A program made the position numbers and the translations under genes. Below the pieces are notes generated by a model. It was not told the origin of the DNA, searched no databases, and saw only the letters and a list, made by a program, of their open reading frames with translations. Below, piece after piece: positions 30,201 through 41,463 of a stretch of 64,000 nucleotides of DNA. This DNA comes from an uncultured Bacilli bacterium. Lineage in GTDB: Bacteria; Bacillota_I; Bacilli_A; RF39; UBA660. The stretch is from the NCBI GenBank assembly GCA_944371905.1, contig CALVYA010000002.1, forward strand, positions 17,303-81,302. The letters run 5' to 3'. The stretch's first letter is position 1; the number at the start of each line of letters is the position of its first letter.

Positions 30201-33200
30201 ATTAAACATTAATTTAATAGATTCATAGTCTTGTTCTGCCGTATATCTAAAAGTAAAATATTGCCAAATATTTGGATTTGGATTAAATTCTTCACTTGGT
30301 AAAATACAATAATCCGCTTCACTTCCTACTGGTTTAAAATATATCATTACTGAATTCCCAACAATATTTCCATCACTTTTAAAACCTTCGTTTTTATACC
30401 AAAATGAAATGTTATAAATGTCTCCTTGTTTTCCTTTTATTGGGAATGTTTTACTAAATCTTGTTCCATATAAAGGATTCATTTTCACTTTTAAAGCTTG
30501 ATTTTGATTATTATTGATATTTACTACTTCAAAGAAATTGGAAGCATTAGGGCTACTTTCGCCATCATATCCCCACGATTCAAAATTCCAATCAGATAGG
30601 CCCTGTGAAAAATCAGAGTTTTCAATAACGTTATAGCAATTTGCTACTTCTCCTTCCTCTAGTTGAATATTATCCATATATAAAGTAGTAGCATCTGATA
30701 AATTAAGTTTGATCTTTAAATTACTTGTTGCGTTTTCGTCATAATAAATAGTTACATCTTCTCTAATAAAATCCTCCGAAGATTCTATTGTTTGATCACT
30801 AGTTACTGTATTGTTATTTGAATCTACATAACTTAAAGATAAAGTAATTGGTTGATCTGATTTAAAATATCCGCTAAAAGTATAATATTTCCCTTTAGCA
30901 AGAGTAATCTCTTGTTCTACTTCTTGATTAGTAGCAATGCTTTCTAGTTTTAAACTTCTGTTACCAGAATATACTTGTTCCGTTGAAAAACTTTTAGTAA
31001 TGCCTTCACTTATGGTAAAATTATCATTATCTTGTTCAAAACTAGTATTTGATAAATAATTTTTTACGTACCTTGTGGGAATACTATTAGACAACAATTT
31101 GTTTTTGTTATAATTGGCTTCTCCATATTCTTGAGTTATAGAGTAGGCACTACTAATATCTTCACTTGATTTTAAATTATTGCTAGATAATAAATTCCCT
31201 TGATTGTTAAAAATTAAAGTACTAACTTTTCCTTTATGATCCGTAATACTAGTAGTATTACATCCATATTCTAAAGAAAAATAATTTCCTAGTTTATTAT
31301 TCAATCCATACTGAGTGACTTTTTTCATTTTATATGGTGATTCGCTATAATATTCATAATTAATTTTTATCCCTGTTACATCAGTAATACTCGATATTAA
31401 ATGATTGTTATTATAAGTAAAATTAGTAGTACCATTTATACTTTTTATGGAGGTTAGTATTCCATTAGTATATGTTAATTCAACACTAATGTCAGGACTA
31501 GTTACCGTAATTTTATTAGTGTCATAAGTAAAGTTAATCTCTTTTTCATTAGCATCTATTACTTTAGTAATTCTATTATTTGAATCTAATTGAATGGTAT
31601 TAATGTTTCCACTAACATCTTTCATTTCAATTAAACGATATACCTCTCCTGTTTTTGTAAAAGTCTTTTTGTTGCCAACTTTGTCGGTCATGATATAATC
31701 ATTATCATTTTTTTCAAGAGTTAAATTTAACCCATCCTCATCATGATATTTAACTAAGTCATCTCCCTCTTCTTTATTGAAATAATGACTAGTTCCATCT
31801 TCATCTACATATTCTATATAATCTACGTTATCAATAGATACTTCTTCTAAAGTTTGATCCAAGTTAAGTTTATATCCTCTACCATAGATAGTAGTATTGT
31901 TTAATACAGCATCATTAGTATTATAAATTAACTTCACACTAGTTGGTAATTTTCCTCCTATTGTAGATCCTAAATGAAAGACTGCTGTCATATTACCATT
32001 GTAAGTATTTATATAAGTATTACCATCCGTAAAACTTTGAGTATTATAATTTAAATAGTTTTCTAATCCATTTTGATTACGATAGACTAGTTGAAATAAA
32101 GGCATTGGATTATAATCCCCTGGGGTATTATTATTTTTAGAATAAAAAGCCGGATAATCATCATCGATATATACTTCCTTAGCAGATTTTAAAAGTAATC
32201 CATAGTTTTTAGTATCTTTATACCATCGTTTTACTAAATTAGTAATATCACCATCATATAATCCATGTGTAGGATATACAACAAAATTTAAGTTATCATC
32301 TAAATCTATATCGCTTCTACTTCCATAATAAATGCTTTCCACTCTACTATCATATTTATTATTCATCTGAGCCCAAGTAGCACTAGTTTCATTCCAATCT
32401 TGTGTTACCCGATGCATAGTAACTAATTTATTACCTGTTTTATTCCCACTATAACTAGCATATCCAGTTAAAGTTAAATAGGCTCCAATAATTTCACTCC
32501 CAGTTCCTATTTCTGGTAAATCAAATTTTATTAAAGTTCTATTAACTCTATTTGTACCATTTACTTTTTCTACACCCGCTTTTAAAATAGGAGCGCTATT
32601 ACGATCAATACCTGTATCTCCTGGAAAAATATAAGTATCTTGTAGGCTACTACTTTGATTAGTATTAGTAATCGTTGGATCAATATAAACTGGATATTTT
32701 GTATCTTTAGCACTTAACCATTCTTTATCTAATAGTAGTTCTAGTTCATACGCCTTGTCCAAATGCCTAAGCACATAAGAAACCTTTTGATTCACAATTC
32801 CCTTACTATCTTCCATGTAAGGTTTATCTATAGTAAAAACAGTTTGATGATTATCTATAGCTAAAATAGTTCCATTTTCTTCTTTTAAAGTTAAATTAGT
32901 ATATATAACAAAAGTTAATTTTTCTATTGGATTATTTTTCAAAATAATTGTCTCTTTTATTTTTGTTGGTAAAGTTTTATAATCTATATCTATGTTATTC
33001 AATATATTATTATAATAAACATCTTCTACAAATTTATTTAATTTGATTTTTTTATTAAATTTAACATTGTTAGATTCTTTTAATTTCATATCAAGATAAT
33101 TATTATCTTTTACAATTTTAATTAAAGAATCTTTACTGCATTCTTTAAAAAACACTTTATAATCATTACTCTTATTCACATAACAATCTTTTTCTTTTAT

Positions 33201-33344
33201 TAAGGTATTATCTATTTCCTCATATCTACCATTTTTTTGGTAATGAATATCTGTATCATATATTTTTGCTATTATAGTGCCATCTTCACGTAGATAGTGC
33301 TTTTCCCTTGGTCTTCTTTTATGAATTAATTCTATTTCTTTCAT
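27219..33344 (-). CDS. RHS/YD-repeat polymorphic toxin (2041 aa) with a GIY-YIG-like C-terminal nuclease
   Basis: Numerous YD-type repeats (Y.YD..GNL...). Core end is ..PFRYRGYYYDTETELYYLNSRYYNPEWRRFINADG...NNPIVFSDYSGD. Other parts: a DNRLRE-like N-terminal domain (aa ~230-340), two CBM-like modules (aa ~760-1065), a beta-trefoil-like insert (aa ~1160-1265) and a 171-aa C-terminal tail containing VYTLYD..KIEYVGRT. Confidence 0.9.
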   Translation of the reverse strand: MKEIELIHKRRPREKHYLREDGTIIAKIYDTDIHYQKNGRYEEIDNTLIKEKDCYVNKSNDYKVFFKECSKDSLIKIVKDNNYLDMKLKESNNVKFNKKIKLNKFVEDVYYNNILNNIDIDYKTLPTKIKETIILKNNPIEKLTFVIYTNLTLKEENGTILAIDNHQTVFTIDKPYMEDSKGIVNQKVSYVLRHLDKAYELELLLDKEWLSAKDTKYPVYIDPTITNTNQSSSLQDTYIFPGDTGIDRNSAPILKAGVEKVNGTNRVNRTLIKFDLPEIGTGSEIIGAYLTLTGYASYSGNKTGNKLVTMHRVTQDWNETSATWAQMNNKYDSRVESIYYGSRSDIDLDDNLNFVVYPTHGLYDGDITNLVKRWYKDTKNYGLLLKSAKEVYIDDDYPAFYSKNNNTPGDYNPMPLFQLVYRNQNGLENYLNYNTQSFTDGNTYINTYNGNMTAVFHLGSTIGGKLPTSVKLIYNTNDAVLNNTTIYGRGYKLNLDQTLEEVSIDNVDYIEYVDEDGTSHYFNKEEGDDLVKYHDEDGLNLTLEKNDNDYIMTDKVGNKKTFTKTGEVYRLIEMKDVSGNINTIQLDSNNRITKVIDANEKEINFTYDTNKITVTSPDISVELTYTNGILTSIKSINGTTNFTYNNNHLISSITDVTGIKINYEYYSESPYKMKKVTQYGLNNKLGNYFSLEYGCNTTSITDHKGKVSTLIFNNQGNLLSSNNLKSSEDISSAYSITQEYGEANYNKNKLLSNSIPTRYVKNYLSNTSFEQDNDNFTISEGITKSFSTEQVYSGNRSLKLESIATNQEVEQEITLAKGKYYTFSGYFKSDQPITLSLSYVDSNNNTVTSDQTIESSEDFIREDVTIYYDENATSNLKIKLNLSDATTLYMDNIQLEEGEVANCYNVIENSDFSQGLSDWNFESWGYDGESSPNASNFFEVVNINNNQNQALKVKMNPLYGTRFSKTFPIKGKQGDIYNISFWYKNEGFKSDGNIVGNSVMIYFKPVGSEADYCILPSEEFNPNPNIWQYFTFRYTAEQDYESIKLMFNQGREANNFYITNLTFYKDLANSNYIYDESGNITNVKDSFKDNSNMFGYDNNNQLINATNPKGKNFKFEYDNIKTDRVLSTISSYGISNQIQYDSFGNPVLTRMSKKSVNELGNGTYRIRSKGTNKYIKARSRALVVESDACSNTIWTLEKLEDKFKIIYSTLPNYSLSCLDNQVFLIYSDQNNLFNLEKNENGSYSIKVDNDIKYLKVNGNTLEATEFPGYSDPAYEFYFETTDEEFIENTATYTEDGRFVTSVTDSNFNTTTYQTNSVTGLTTSMTNANGVTTNYQYNDQKQITSVTTSNKSVSYSYNDKNLLSKITQGTKEYNFAYDDFLNTKKVMIGNNITLSTNDYEDNNGNLAKTTYGNNHEISFDYDDFERIKTIQKMDDTYHYKYDNNGNLAKILSNNHKIKYTYDIGERLHEYRYDNFRTNYEYDINDNIIKKQYRLDNISNTVENTFNSEDLLTKVTLDNKEINYQHDSLGRLISKTLGEEYQTTYKYISNGNRTYDLIEEIKNGSNKYSYKYDKLNNITEVYYNDELIKKYSYDVHNELIEEEDYEKDEKITYTYDNSGNLGTKVTRNLTTNAIIKTDTYQYGNSNWEDQLTSYNGTSITYDNIGNPLTIGNNISMSWINGRSLNSYTDTSKNLNITYKYDVNGIRTNKIINGIETEYFLNNNRIIYEKKGNNYIYYLYDTDELVGLKYNNNIYYYIKNLQGDIIGILNDNYEQIVSYEYDSWGKLLSTKDAIGNAISDTNHIGIINPFRYRGYYYDTETELYYLNSRYYNPEWRRFINADGLLGANQDIFGYNLYIYVSNNPIVFSDYSGDVALALTGVAASLGMIAGAIAVGAVGAALLLVGVGAVEGSINAYKNVKKAVKNTKKKSNNDVNNHNVYTLYDPLTQKIEYVGRTTDLPATKYRHRQNPYRRHLELDEIAMNVSKDTARGLEQMIIESCRTLNKDTNNPINNQINGVSPRNKKRDLYWDSAVIWSSEHVVPCR

Positions 33345-33360
33345 TTTACCACTTCCTTAT

Positions 33361-33906
33361 TTACTGAATACGTTTCCAAATATAAACAGCTAAATATGGC
33401 GGCATATTATTATGAGGTTGATTACCTCCGGTATTGGTTGTGTAATGTACTCCTGTATTTTTATCTGCATTGTAAGTCCAATATACTCCAGTTGCTCTTC
33501 CTGCTTCCCACTGTGCTTGAAATCTATGATTATGACTAGGCATTTGTGCAACCGTTAAGGTTACTTCCTTTTCTCCACCAGTACTTCCTAATGGATAATC
33601 AGTACTTGCTGCATACAAAAATACATCTTCTATTCTTTCCCAAGCACCTCCAAAAATAGTAGTTGGATTAGTATCATTTACACTCATATAAATAGAGCCT
33701 ATAGGATATAGATAATTAAGCATTGCTTGCGTTGGTAAAATACCTTCTTCTGTTGTAAGGGTCTTTACTGTTAAATTACCATCACTATCTAATTCAAATT
33801 TATTATTAGTAGAAGTAATACAAGTAGCTTTTAAATTATTAATTTCTAAATTGGTTTGTTCTCCTTCTTTACTGAAAGAATCAATAATATAATTATGTTC
33901 GTTCAT
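33361..33906 (-). CDS. phage tail-fibre/baseplate C-terminal (tail-collar-like) domain protein
   Basis: LYPIGSIYMSVNDTNP..IFGG.WERI...TGGEKEVTLTVAQMPSHNH...GGNQPHNNMPPYLAVYIWKR is the classic tail-collar pattern. Its stop is 16 nt before the RHS start. Confidence 0.7.
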   Translation of the reverse strand: MNEHNYIIDSFSKEGEQTNLEINNLKATCITSTNNKFELDSDGNLTVKTLTTEEGILPTQAMLNYLYPIGSIYMSVNDTNPTTIFGGAWERIEDVFLYAASTDYPLGSTGGEKEVTLTVAQMPSHNHRFQAQWEAGRATGVYWTYNADKNTGVHYTTNTGGNQPHNNMPPYLAVYIWKRIQ

Positions 33907-34039
33907 TTTTTTCCCTCTTTCTTTTTTTGTTTGTTTTATATTTTATAATTATTCTTCTATTCATCCCCTTTCACTACAATATATTTAGTCAAGAAAAAAA
34001 GAATCATAATATTTGCCACTCATGAAAACGCACAAAAAA

Positions 34040-34068
34040 AGAACTAAAGCTTGTTATACCTTAGTTCT
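34040..34068 (-). terminator. terminator after the S41 peptidase gene
   Basis: agaactaa/ttagttct stem followed by T7 on the minus strand. Confidence 0.6.
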
Positions 34069-34090
34069 TAACTTATTTTTTATTTAATTT

Positions 34091-35347
34091 TTATTTACTT
34101 TTTTCTAATAAAACACTAATTGCTTTTTGTAATTGATCATCATTTTCTAGCGTTGGATCATTATAATATTTTTCACTTAATTCTACTTCTATCGTAGGAG
34201 ATATTCCTTCTCCTTCTATACTTTTACCGGATGGAGTTAACCATTCTTGAATCGTATATTTAATAGTAGAACCACTACTTAAAGTTTTTGTTTTTTGAAC
34301 AGTTCCTTTACCATATGTTTGTAATCCAACTAACTCACTTCCTATATTTTCATTTAACGATGCTGCTAATATTTCTGATGCTGATGCACTAGAGCCATTA
34401 ATTAAAACAGCAGTTGGCAATGTTATGGGTTTATTTTTACTAGCTAATTGTTTTTCTTCTGTATTTTTATCTTTGACAATAAAAACAATATCTTTTTTAT
34501 TTAAAAACATCTCTGCAATAGACTTTACTGTTGTTAAATATCCTCCATTATTATTACGAACATCTAATATTAAATAACTTACTCCCTGTTCCTGTAAATT
34601 ATTTACTACTTCTTCAAACTGTTCACTAGAATTCTTGGCAAAAATATCTATTTTAATATATCCTATTTTTTGATTATCCTTTTCAATGATTTCTCCAGTA
34701 ACTGAAGTAATATCTACAATTCCTCTTGTAAACTCAATGGTTAAATTTTCTTCACCACGCTTTACAGATAAATTCACTTTAGTCCCTACATTACCACCTT
34801 TAATAGTCTCTGTTACTTGATCTAAAGTCATTTCTTTTACTTCTTCTTTTTCTACTTGATAAATAATATCATCTTTTTTTAGTCCACTTTTATCCGCTGG
34901 AGTATTTTTATATACATTTCGAACTAAAATAGTCCCCTCTTCCATCTTGGAAATTTCTGCCCCTAATCCTATATATTCTCCTTCTAATTTTTCATTAAAT
35001 TCTTCTGAAGCATCGGAATCTAAATAACTAGAATATGGATCATTTAAATAATCGATCATTCCCTTTATACCAGACTCTAACAATTCATCATTATCTATTT
35101 CTCCATAATAATCATCCACTACATCATCATAAGTAGAAATTAATTCTTTTAAATCTTTATTGTTTATTCTTACTCCACCATTATCCCTAAAATAGGTAAC
35201 TGCACTTCCTATTAACGAACCAAACAAAGCAGTGATGACCATAATAACAATAACTTCTATAGTATTAAACGTATTTTTTACAGGTTTTATTTCTTTTGCA
35301 TTCTCTTTTATCTCTTCTGCTTTCAAATCTTTCTTTTTATTCTTCAT
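34091..35347 (-). CDS. S41-family C-terminal processing peptidase (PDZ-containing)
   Basis: An N-terminal TM helix, a PDZ-like GLKKDDIIYQV segment and the catalytic region LINGSSASASEILA. Confidence 0.88.
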   Translation of the reverse strand: MKNKKKDLKAEEIKENAKEIKPVKNTFNTIEVIVIMVITALFGSLIGSAVTYFRDNGGVRINNKDLKELISTYDDVVDDYYGEIDNDELLESGIKGMIDYLNDPYSSYLDSDASEEFNEKLEGEYIGLGAEISKMEEGTILVRNVYKNTPADKSGLKKDDIIYQVEKEEVKEMTLDQVTETIKGGNVGTKVNLSVKRGEENLTIEFTRGIVDITSVTGEIIEKDNQKIGYIKIDIFAKNSSEQFEEVVNNLQEQGVSYLILDVRNNNGGYLTTVKSIAEMFLNKKDIVFIVKDKNTEEKQLASKNKPITLPTAVLINGSSASASEILAASLNENIGSELVGLQTYGKGTVQKTKTLSSGSTIKYTIQEWLTPSGKSIEGEGISPTIEVELSEKYYNDPTLENDDQLQKAISVLLEKSK

Positions 35348-35445
35348 ACTATCACCTCAATGCCAACAATACTACATTATAATATTATCACATATGAATT
35401 AAAAATAGAATTAAATTTTAAAAAAAGATATCCTTTTAAGAATAT

Positions 35446-36009
35446 CTATTCTGAATCAGTTTTAGTTAATTCTTTAATATAATTTTTAATATTATCTTTT
35501 CCTTCAATATACTTAGTTACTTTTTTATTATTTATTCTTATTAACGTAGCGCCATTAATTTTTAAATTAGATAACGATGTAGGATTTTTATTTGAAGATT
35601 CTCCTTCTTTTACCATATATTTTTTGCTAAAGTTAGTAGATAAATCTACTTTATACATAGGAATTGCATTCTCTTTAGCTTTATAAGTTTCTACAAGCAT
35701 AGAATATAAATTACTATACAATTCGTCCGTAAAATCATAATACATAATCATATATTCGCTATCGTCTTTTTCAAAAGTTTCTCCCATTAATATTTCTTCC
35801 TTTTGAATTTCTACTTCTTGTTCATCATCATTATTTTTATTACTAAATTCTCCATTAATAAAAGCTGTTACAAAATATATAATAGCAAAACAAGCAATAA
35901 CAATTACCCCTATTTTAATCATTTTCATAACGTCTTCATTATAATGAGCTGGCGTTTTACCTATTACTTTTTTATTCTTTTTTGCTTTTTTTGTTTTTTT
36001 CTTCTCCAT
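35446..36009 (-). CDS. hypothetical membrane-anchored protein (187 aa)
   Basis: Lys-rich N-terminus, one TM helix and a soluble domain. No motif recognised. Confidence 0.55.
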   Translation of the reverse strand: MEKKKTKKAKKNKKVIGKTPAHYNEDVMKMIKIGVIVIACFAIIYFVTAFINGEFSNKNNDDEQEVEIQKEEILMGETFEKDDSEYMIMYYDFTDELYSNLYSMLVETYKAKENAIPMYKVDLSTNFSKKYMVKEGESSNKNPTSLSNLKINGATLIRINNKKVTKYIEGKDNIKNYIKELTKTDSE

Positions 36010-36068
36010 TTCCCATCACCCAGTTAAAATTATATCATTACATAACAAAAAAATAAACACTAAAGTGT

Positions 36069-37103
36069 TTATTTCATCGTAGGTATAGCACTAATAGAGT
36101 TAGCTATTTCAATTAATTCAATCTGACTCATAGCATCTGACACAATATAATACTCTATTCCATTGCTTACCCAGGTAATAGAATTAGAAGATAATGCTCC
36201 TACAGTATCTGCTAATAAGAATGGTTCTCCATAGGTTGGTATAACTGAGAATTCATCTTCTATGCTAACCGTTTCTTCTACTAATAAAAATGGTTTTTCT
36301 CCATCAAAAGTTAAAATTATTCTTTCACCATCCGTTTTCGCTACTTTTTCTTTATCTACTAAAGAGGTTCCGGTTGGAATATATAATGGATAAATAATAT
36401 CATCTATTACATTTGATTCTTCGGTAGTATCATTACTTTCTTCATTATTAGATCCATCATTCTGATCTTCTATATCAATTTGTTCAATAATACTATCTAA
36501 ATCAAAGAAATTATCGTCAAAGTTAGCTTTTAAATCAATATTACTAAATTGCATAATCATTTGTGGTATATCATTACTATCTAATACTTCTACTGTTTTA
36601 AAATCCAAATCTTTATCCAATGTTATTTTTTGCTTTATTAAATTAGTATTATTAGGATAAGTAACCTTAGTAGTAATTACATAACCATCTTTTGTCTCTT
36701 CAAATACTTTTTCTTTATCATTTTGAATATCTTTCAATAATGATTCTAATAAATATACCTGTGAATTATTATTTGGCCAATCGCTTTGAAATTTAAAACT
36801 TTTATTTAACGATGGTGTTACTACATAAACTCCTTCCTCATTTTTTAAAATAATTTGTTCATGATCATTAGATGTATTTGTTAAACTAACACGATATTTA
36901 CTTGGCTCTTCAAACGATACTACAACATCGTAATTATAAGTATCATCATTATTAGTTATTTGAAGTGCTCCTTCCAGTTGATAAGTTGTAGCCGAACCAA
37001 TTTTTTTATCGAGATCTTTAATGATATCATCCGCATCTTTCTTTCCACATCCTGTTACAAATAACATCATTATTATTGTACCCAATATAATTATTTTTTT
37101 CAT
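36069..37103 (-). CDS. putative lipoprotein (344 aa)
   Basis: Signal peptide with lipobox LFVTGC. It may be LolA-like or DUF4367-like, but that is not verifiable here. Confidence 0.6.
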   Translation of the reverse strand: MKKIIILGTIIMMLFVTGCGKKDADDIIKDLDKKIGSATTYQLEGALQITNNDDTYNYDVVVSFEEPSKYRVSLTNTSNDHEQIILKNEEGVYVVTPSLNKSFKFQSDWPNNNSQVYLLESLLKDIQNDKEKVFEETKDGYVITTKVTYPNNTNLIKQKITLDKDLDFKTVEVLDSNDIPQMIMQFSNIDLKANFDDNFFDLDSIIEQIDIEDQNDGSNNEESNDTTEESNVIDDIIYPLYIPTGTSLVDKEKVAKTDGERIILTFDGEKPFLLVEETVSIEDEFSVIPTYGEPFLLADTVGALSSNSITWVSNGIEYYIVSDAMSQIELIEIANSISAIPTMK

Positions 37104-37222
37104 TTATTCACCCCATATTTTTTATTTTCATTTAATTATATGGTACAGTTTATTGATTATTCGTGAATAATTTTAAAATAATTGTTTATCATAATAGTGA
37201 GTTCACAAAAAGGAGGAGAAAT

Positions 37223-37426
37223 ATGCAAACATTACAAAGAGTAGCACTAGTATTAACGATTATAGGTGCGTTAAACTGGGGATTAGTAGGTCTATTTGAA
37301 TTTGATTTAGTAGCATCATTATTTGGTGGAACAGATCAAGTTATATCTAGAGTTATCTATTCACTAATTGGTTTAGCTGGAATCATTAATATTGGTTTAT
37401 TATTTAGTGATATGGATGATAAATAA
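37223..37426 (+). CDS. DUF378 family membrane protein
   Basis: MQTLQRVALVLTIIGALNWGLVGLFEFDLVASLFGG. The start was chosen at the ATG 6 nt after aggagga, so the tracked ORF start at 37163 is rejected. Confidence 0.8.
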   Translation: MQTLQRVALVLTIIGALNWGLVGLFEFDLVASLFGGTDQVISRVIYSLIGLAGIINIGLLFSDMDDK

Positions 37427-37432
37427 AAATAG

Positions 37433-37455
37433 ACACTGATTTTGGTTATCAGTGT
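37433..37455. terminator. bidirectional terminator
   Basis: acactgat/atcagtgt stem followed by T7. It lies between convergent genes. Confidence 0.65.
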
Positions 37456-37459
37456 TTTT

Positions 37460-37840
37460 TTATGGTTCATAATTCCATAATCCTAATTTCCCTTTTATGG
37501 GAATCGGTTTATCATATTTTTTTATTTGTTCTAATTTCCAAGCATAAGTTTCATTGTGATTACTTTTCCCATACACTACTTCATTTCTATCTATTAATTT
37601 TTTATTAAAATCCTCATTCACTAAAATACAGTCAGTAAGTATAGCTTCCCCTATAATTGATCCTGGTGTATATTCTAAGTTATAACAAGAAAAACGATTC
37701 AACATATCTTTTTCAATTGTCATACCAGCATGAATTAAAATTTTTCCTCGATATTTAGTTTTCCAACTTCTAAATTCATATTCTTTATATCCTTCTATAA
37801 TAAGAGTTGCCCACGGTTCCTTAATAGTTAATACTTTCAT
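37460..37840 (-). CDS. ASCH domain protein
   Basis: MKVLTIKEPWATLIIEGYKEYEFRSW...ILIHAG pattern. Confidence 0.75.
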   Translation of the reverse strand: MKVLTIKEPWATLIIEGYKEYEFRSWKTKYRGKILIHAGMTIEKDMLNRFSCYNLEYTPGSIIGEAILTDCILVNEDFNKKLIDRNEVVYGKSNHNETYAWKLEQIKKYDKPIPIKGKLGLWNYEP

Positions 37841-37920
37841 ATAATCTCCTTACACTATTATTATAACCGATCTACAAGATGATTCAACTATTCTTTATGT
37901 GTAAATTTTGCCAATTAAAA

Positions 37921-37939
37921 AGCTACGAAGACGTAGCTT
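37921..37939. terminator. hairpin terminator after the cotD-like gene
   Basis: agctacg/cgtagct stem flanked by A5 and T7. Confidence 0.65.
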
Positions 37940-37942
37940 TTT

Positions 37943-38290
37943 TTATCTAAATTGACAGCAAGATCCACATTGGATATTAGATACTGTATTTTCTTCACAA
38001 CAACTGTGAGTTGGTCTATAAGTATGTCTAAATACATGATGATTAATTATTTTTGTTCTACGAGGACATACATGAGGCACTTCATGCATAATTGTTCTAT
38101 GAACAACACGTTCTTGTAATGGTTCTACAATTGGAGATTGTACTGATCCCATCATAGGGGCACTACCTTGTTGTGCCATCATCATATTTCCTCCGCTCAT
38201 ATTAACATCGATATCCATAGTGATATCATTTTCACCTACAAAATTTTGATTAAATTCATTTTGTCTATCACGACAACATCCACCAAACAT
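37943..38290 (-). CDS. CotD-like spore coat protein
   Basis: His/Cys-rich C-terminal half (..VVHRTIMHEVPHVCPRRTKIINHHVFRHTYRP..CC..) typical of the CotD family (recollection). Confidence 0.6.
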   Translation of the reverse strand: MFGGCCRDRQNEFNQNFVGENDITMDIDVNMSGGNMMMAQQGSAPMMGSVQSPIVEPLQERVVHRTIMHEVPHVCPRRTKIINHHVFRHTYRPTHSCCEENTVSNIQCGSCCQFR

Positions 38291-38485
38291 TTATTTTCCT
38301 CCTATCTAGTCTTATGATATTCACAGATAGATATTAGGTATATTAAAATGGCCTACTAAATTAGTTATTTTCTTTAGAATGAACTAAAAGATTCTTATAA
38401 TACTTTTTTCCTAAACAATAACCTTTTCTTATTATTTTTTGTTTTTTATTCATTGTAATCACCTAATATTAGGTTATCCATTAAT

Positions 38486-40525
<2,040 letters not shown>

Positions 40526-40538
40526 CTAAAATTAGTAC

Positions 40539-41453
40539 TTATTTCCACAATTCTTGTGGATATTCTCCACTGTCTATCATATTTTTAATAGCAGTTACTA
40601 CACTTTCTTTATCTTCTTTATAAGTAACTCCATACCATTTAGCAGTAGTAGGAACTACTTTTACTTTCATGCCCTCTTCTTTTATTTTAGCAAATACTGA
40701 TTCCGGTAATAAATATTCGCATTTATCTATATTATCTTTGTTATTCTCTAAAAACTTAGCAAAATTATTTTTTAAATAATCTAATATATCAGGAGTGAAT
40801 GCAAAGAAATTCATAGAAACGCAAGAATCTGGGTCTACTACAAAGGAATTACTTCCATCTAAAGGAGATGCTTTAATCTTTCCATCTTCTTTTTCTACTT
40901 TACTTTCAATAATTGCTTTCAAATAATCTCCTTCTAGTTCACAGACTCCTCTTTTTACAGAGCCATTTTCAGTTAAAGTATTAGCCACTTTATAACCAAT
41001 AATAGCATATTCTTTTAAATTCATTCTTTCTCTATATTCCAAAAATTGATACGCTTTAATAAAAGCATCTCTTCCATAAAAATCATCAGAATTAATCACT
41101 ATAAAATCTTCGTTAACTATTCCACAACAAGACATAATAGCATGAGACGTCCCCCAAGGCTTTACTCTTCCTTCTGGAATATGAAATCCAGCTGGTACAT
41201 CTTCTATTCTTTGAAACACATAATCCACTTTAATTTGATTAGCAATTCTATTTCCTACAGTCTCTTTAAAAATATCAAAATTTTCTTCTTTAATAATAAA
41301 TACAACTCTATTAAAACCAGCTTTGATGGCATCATATATGGAATAATCAATAATGAATTCCCCATTAGGTCCTACTGGTTCAATTTGTTTTAATCCTCCA
41401 AATCGGCTTCCCATTCCGGCAGCCATAATTACTAAAGTTCTGTTTTTATTCAT
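40539..41453 (-). CDS. sugar-phosphate nucleotidyltransferase family protein
   Basis: N-terminal MAAGMGSRFGG.KQ signature. Confidence 0.75.
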   Translation of the reverse strand: MNKNRTLVIMAAGMGSRFGGLKQIEPVGPNGEFIIDYSIYDAIKAGFNRVVFIIKEENFDIFKETVGNRIANQIKVDYVFQRIEDVPAGFHIPEGRVKPWGTSHAIMSCCGIVNEDFIVINSDDFYGRDAFIKAYQFLEYRERMNLKEYAIIGYKVANTLTENGSVKRGVCELEGDYLKAIIESKVEKEDGKIKASPLDGSNSFVVDPDSCVSMNFFAFTPDILDYLKNNFAKFLENNKDNIDKCEYLLPESVFAKIKEEGMKVKVVPTTAKWYGVTYKEDKESVVTAIKNMIDSGEYPQELWK

Positions 41454-41463
41454 AAAATCCTCC

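Noticed and set aside
37163-37222. N-terminal extension of the DUF378 ORF (tracked start 37163).
   Set aside because: The conserved DUF378 sequence begins at the internal ATG (37223), which has a perfect aggagga RBS. The extension has none.
38291-38485. A sporulation-type (sigma-K or sigma-E) promoter upstream of the cotD-like gene.
   Set aside because: I could not find a convincing AC-N17-CATAnnnTA or ATATT-N14-CATACA match, only partial hits that are expected by chance in AT-rich DNA.
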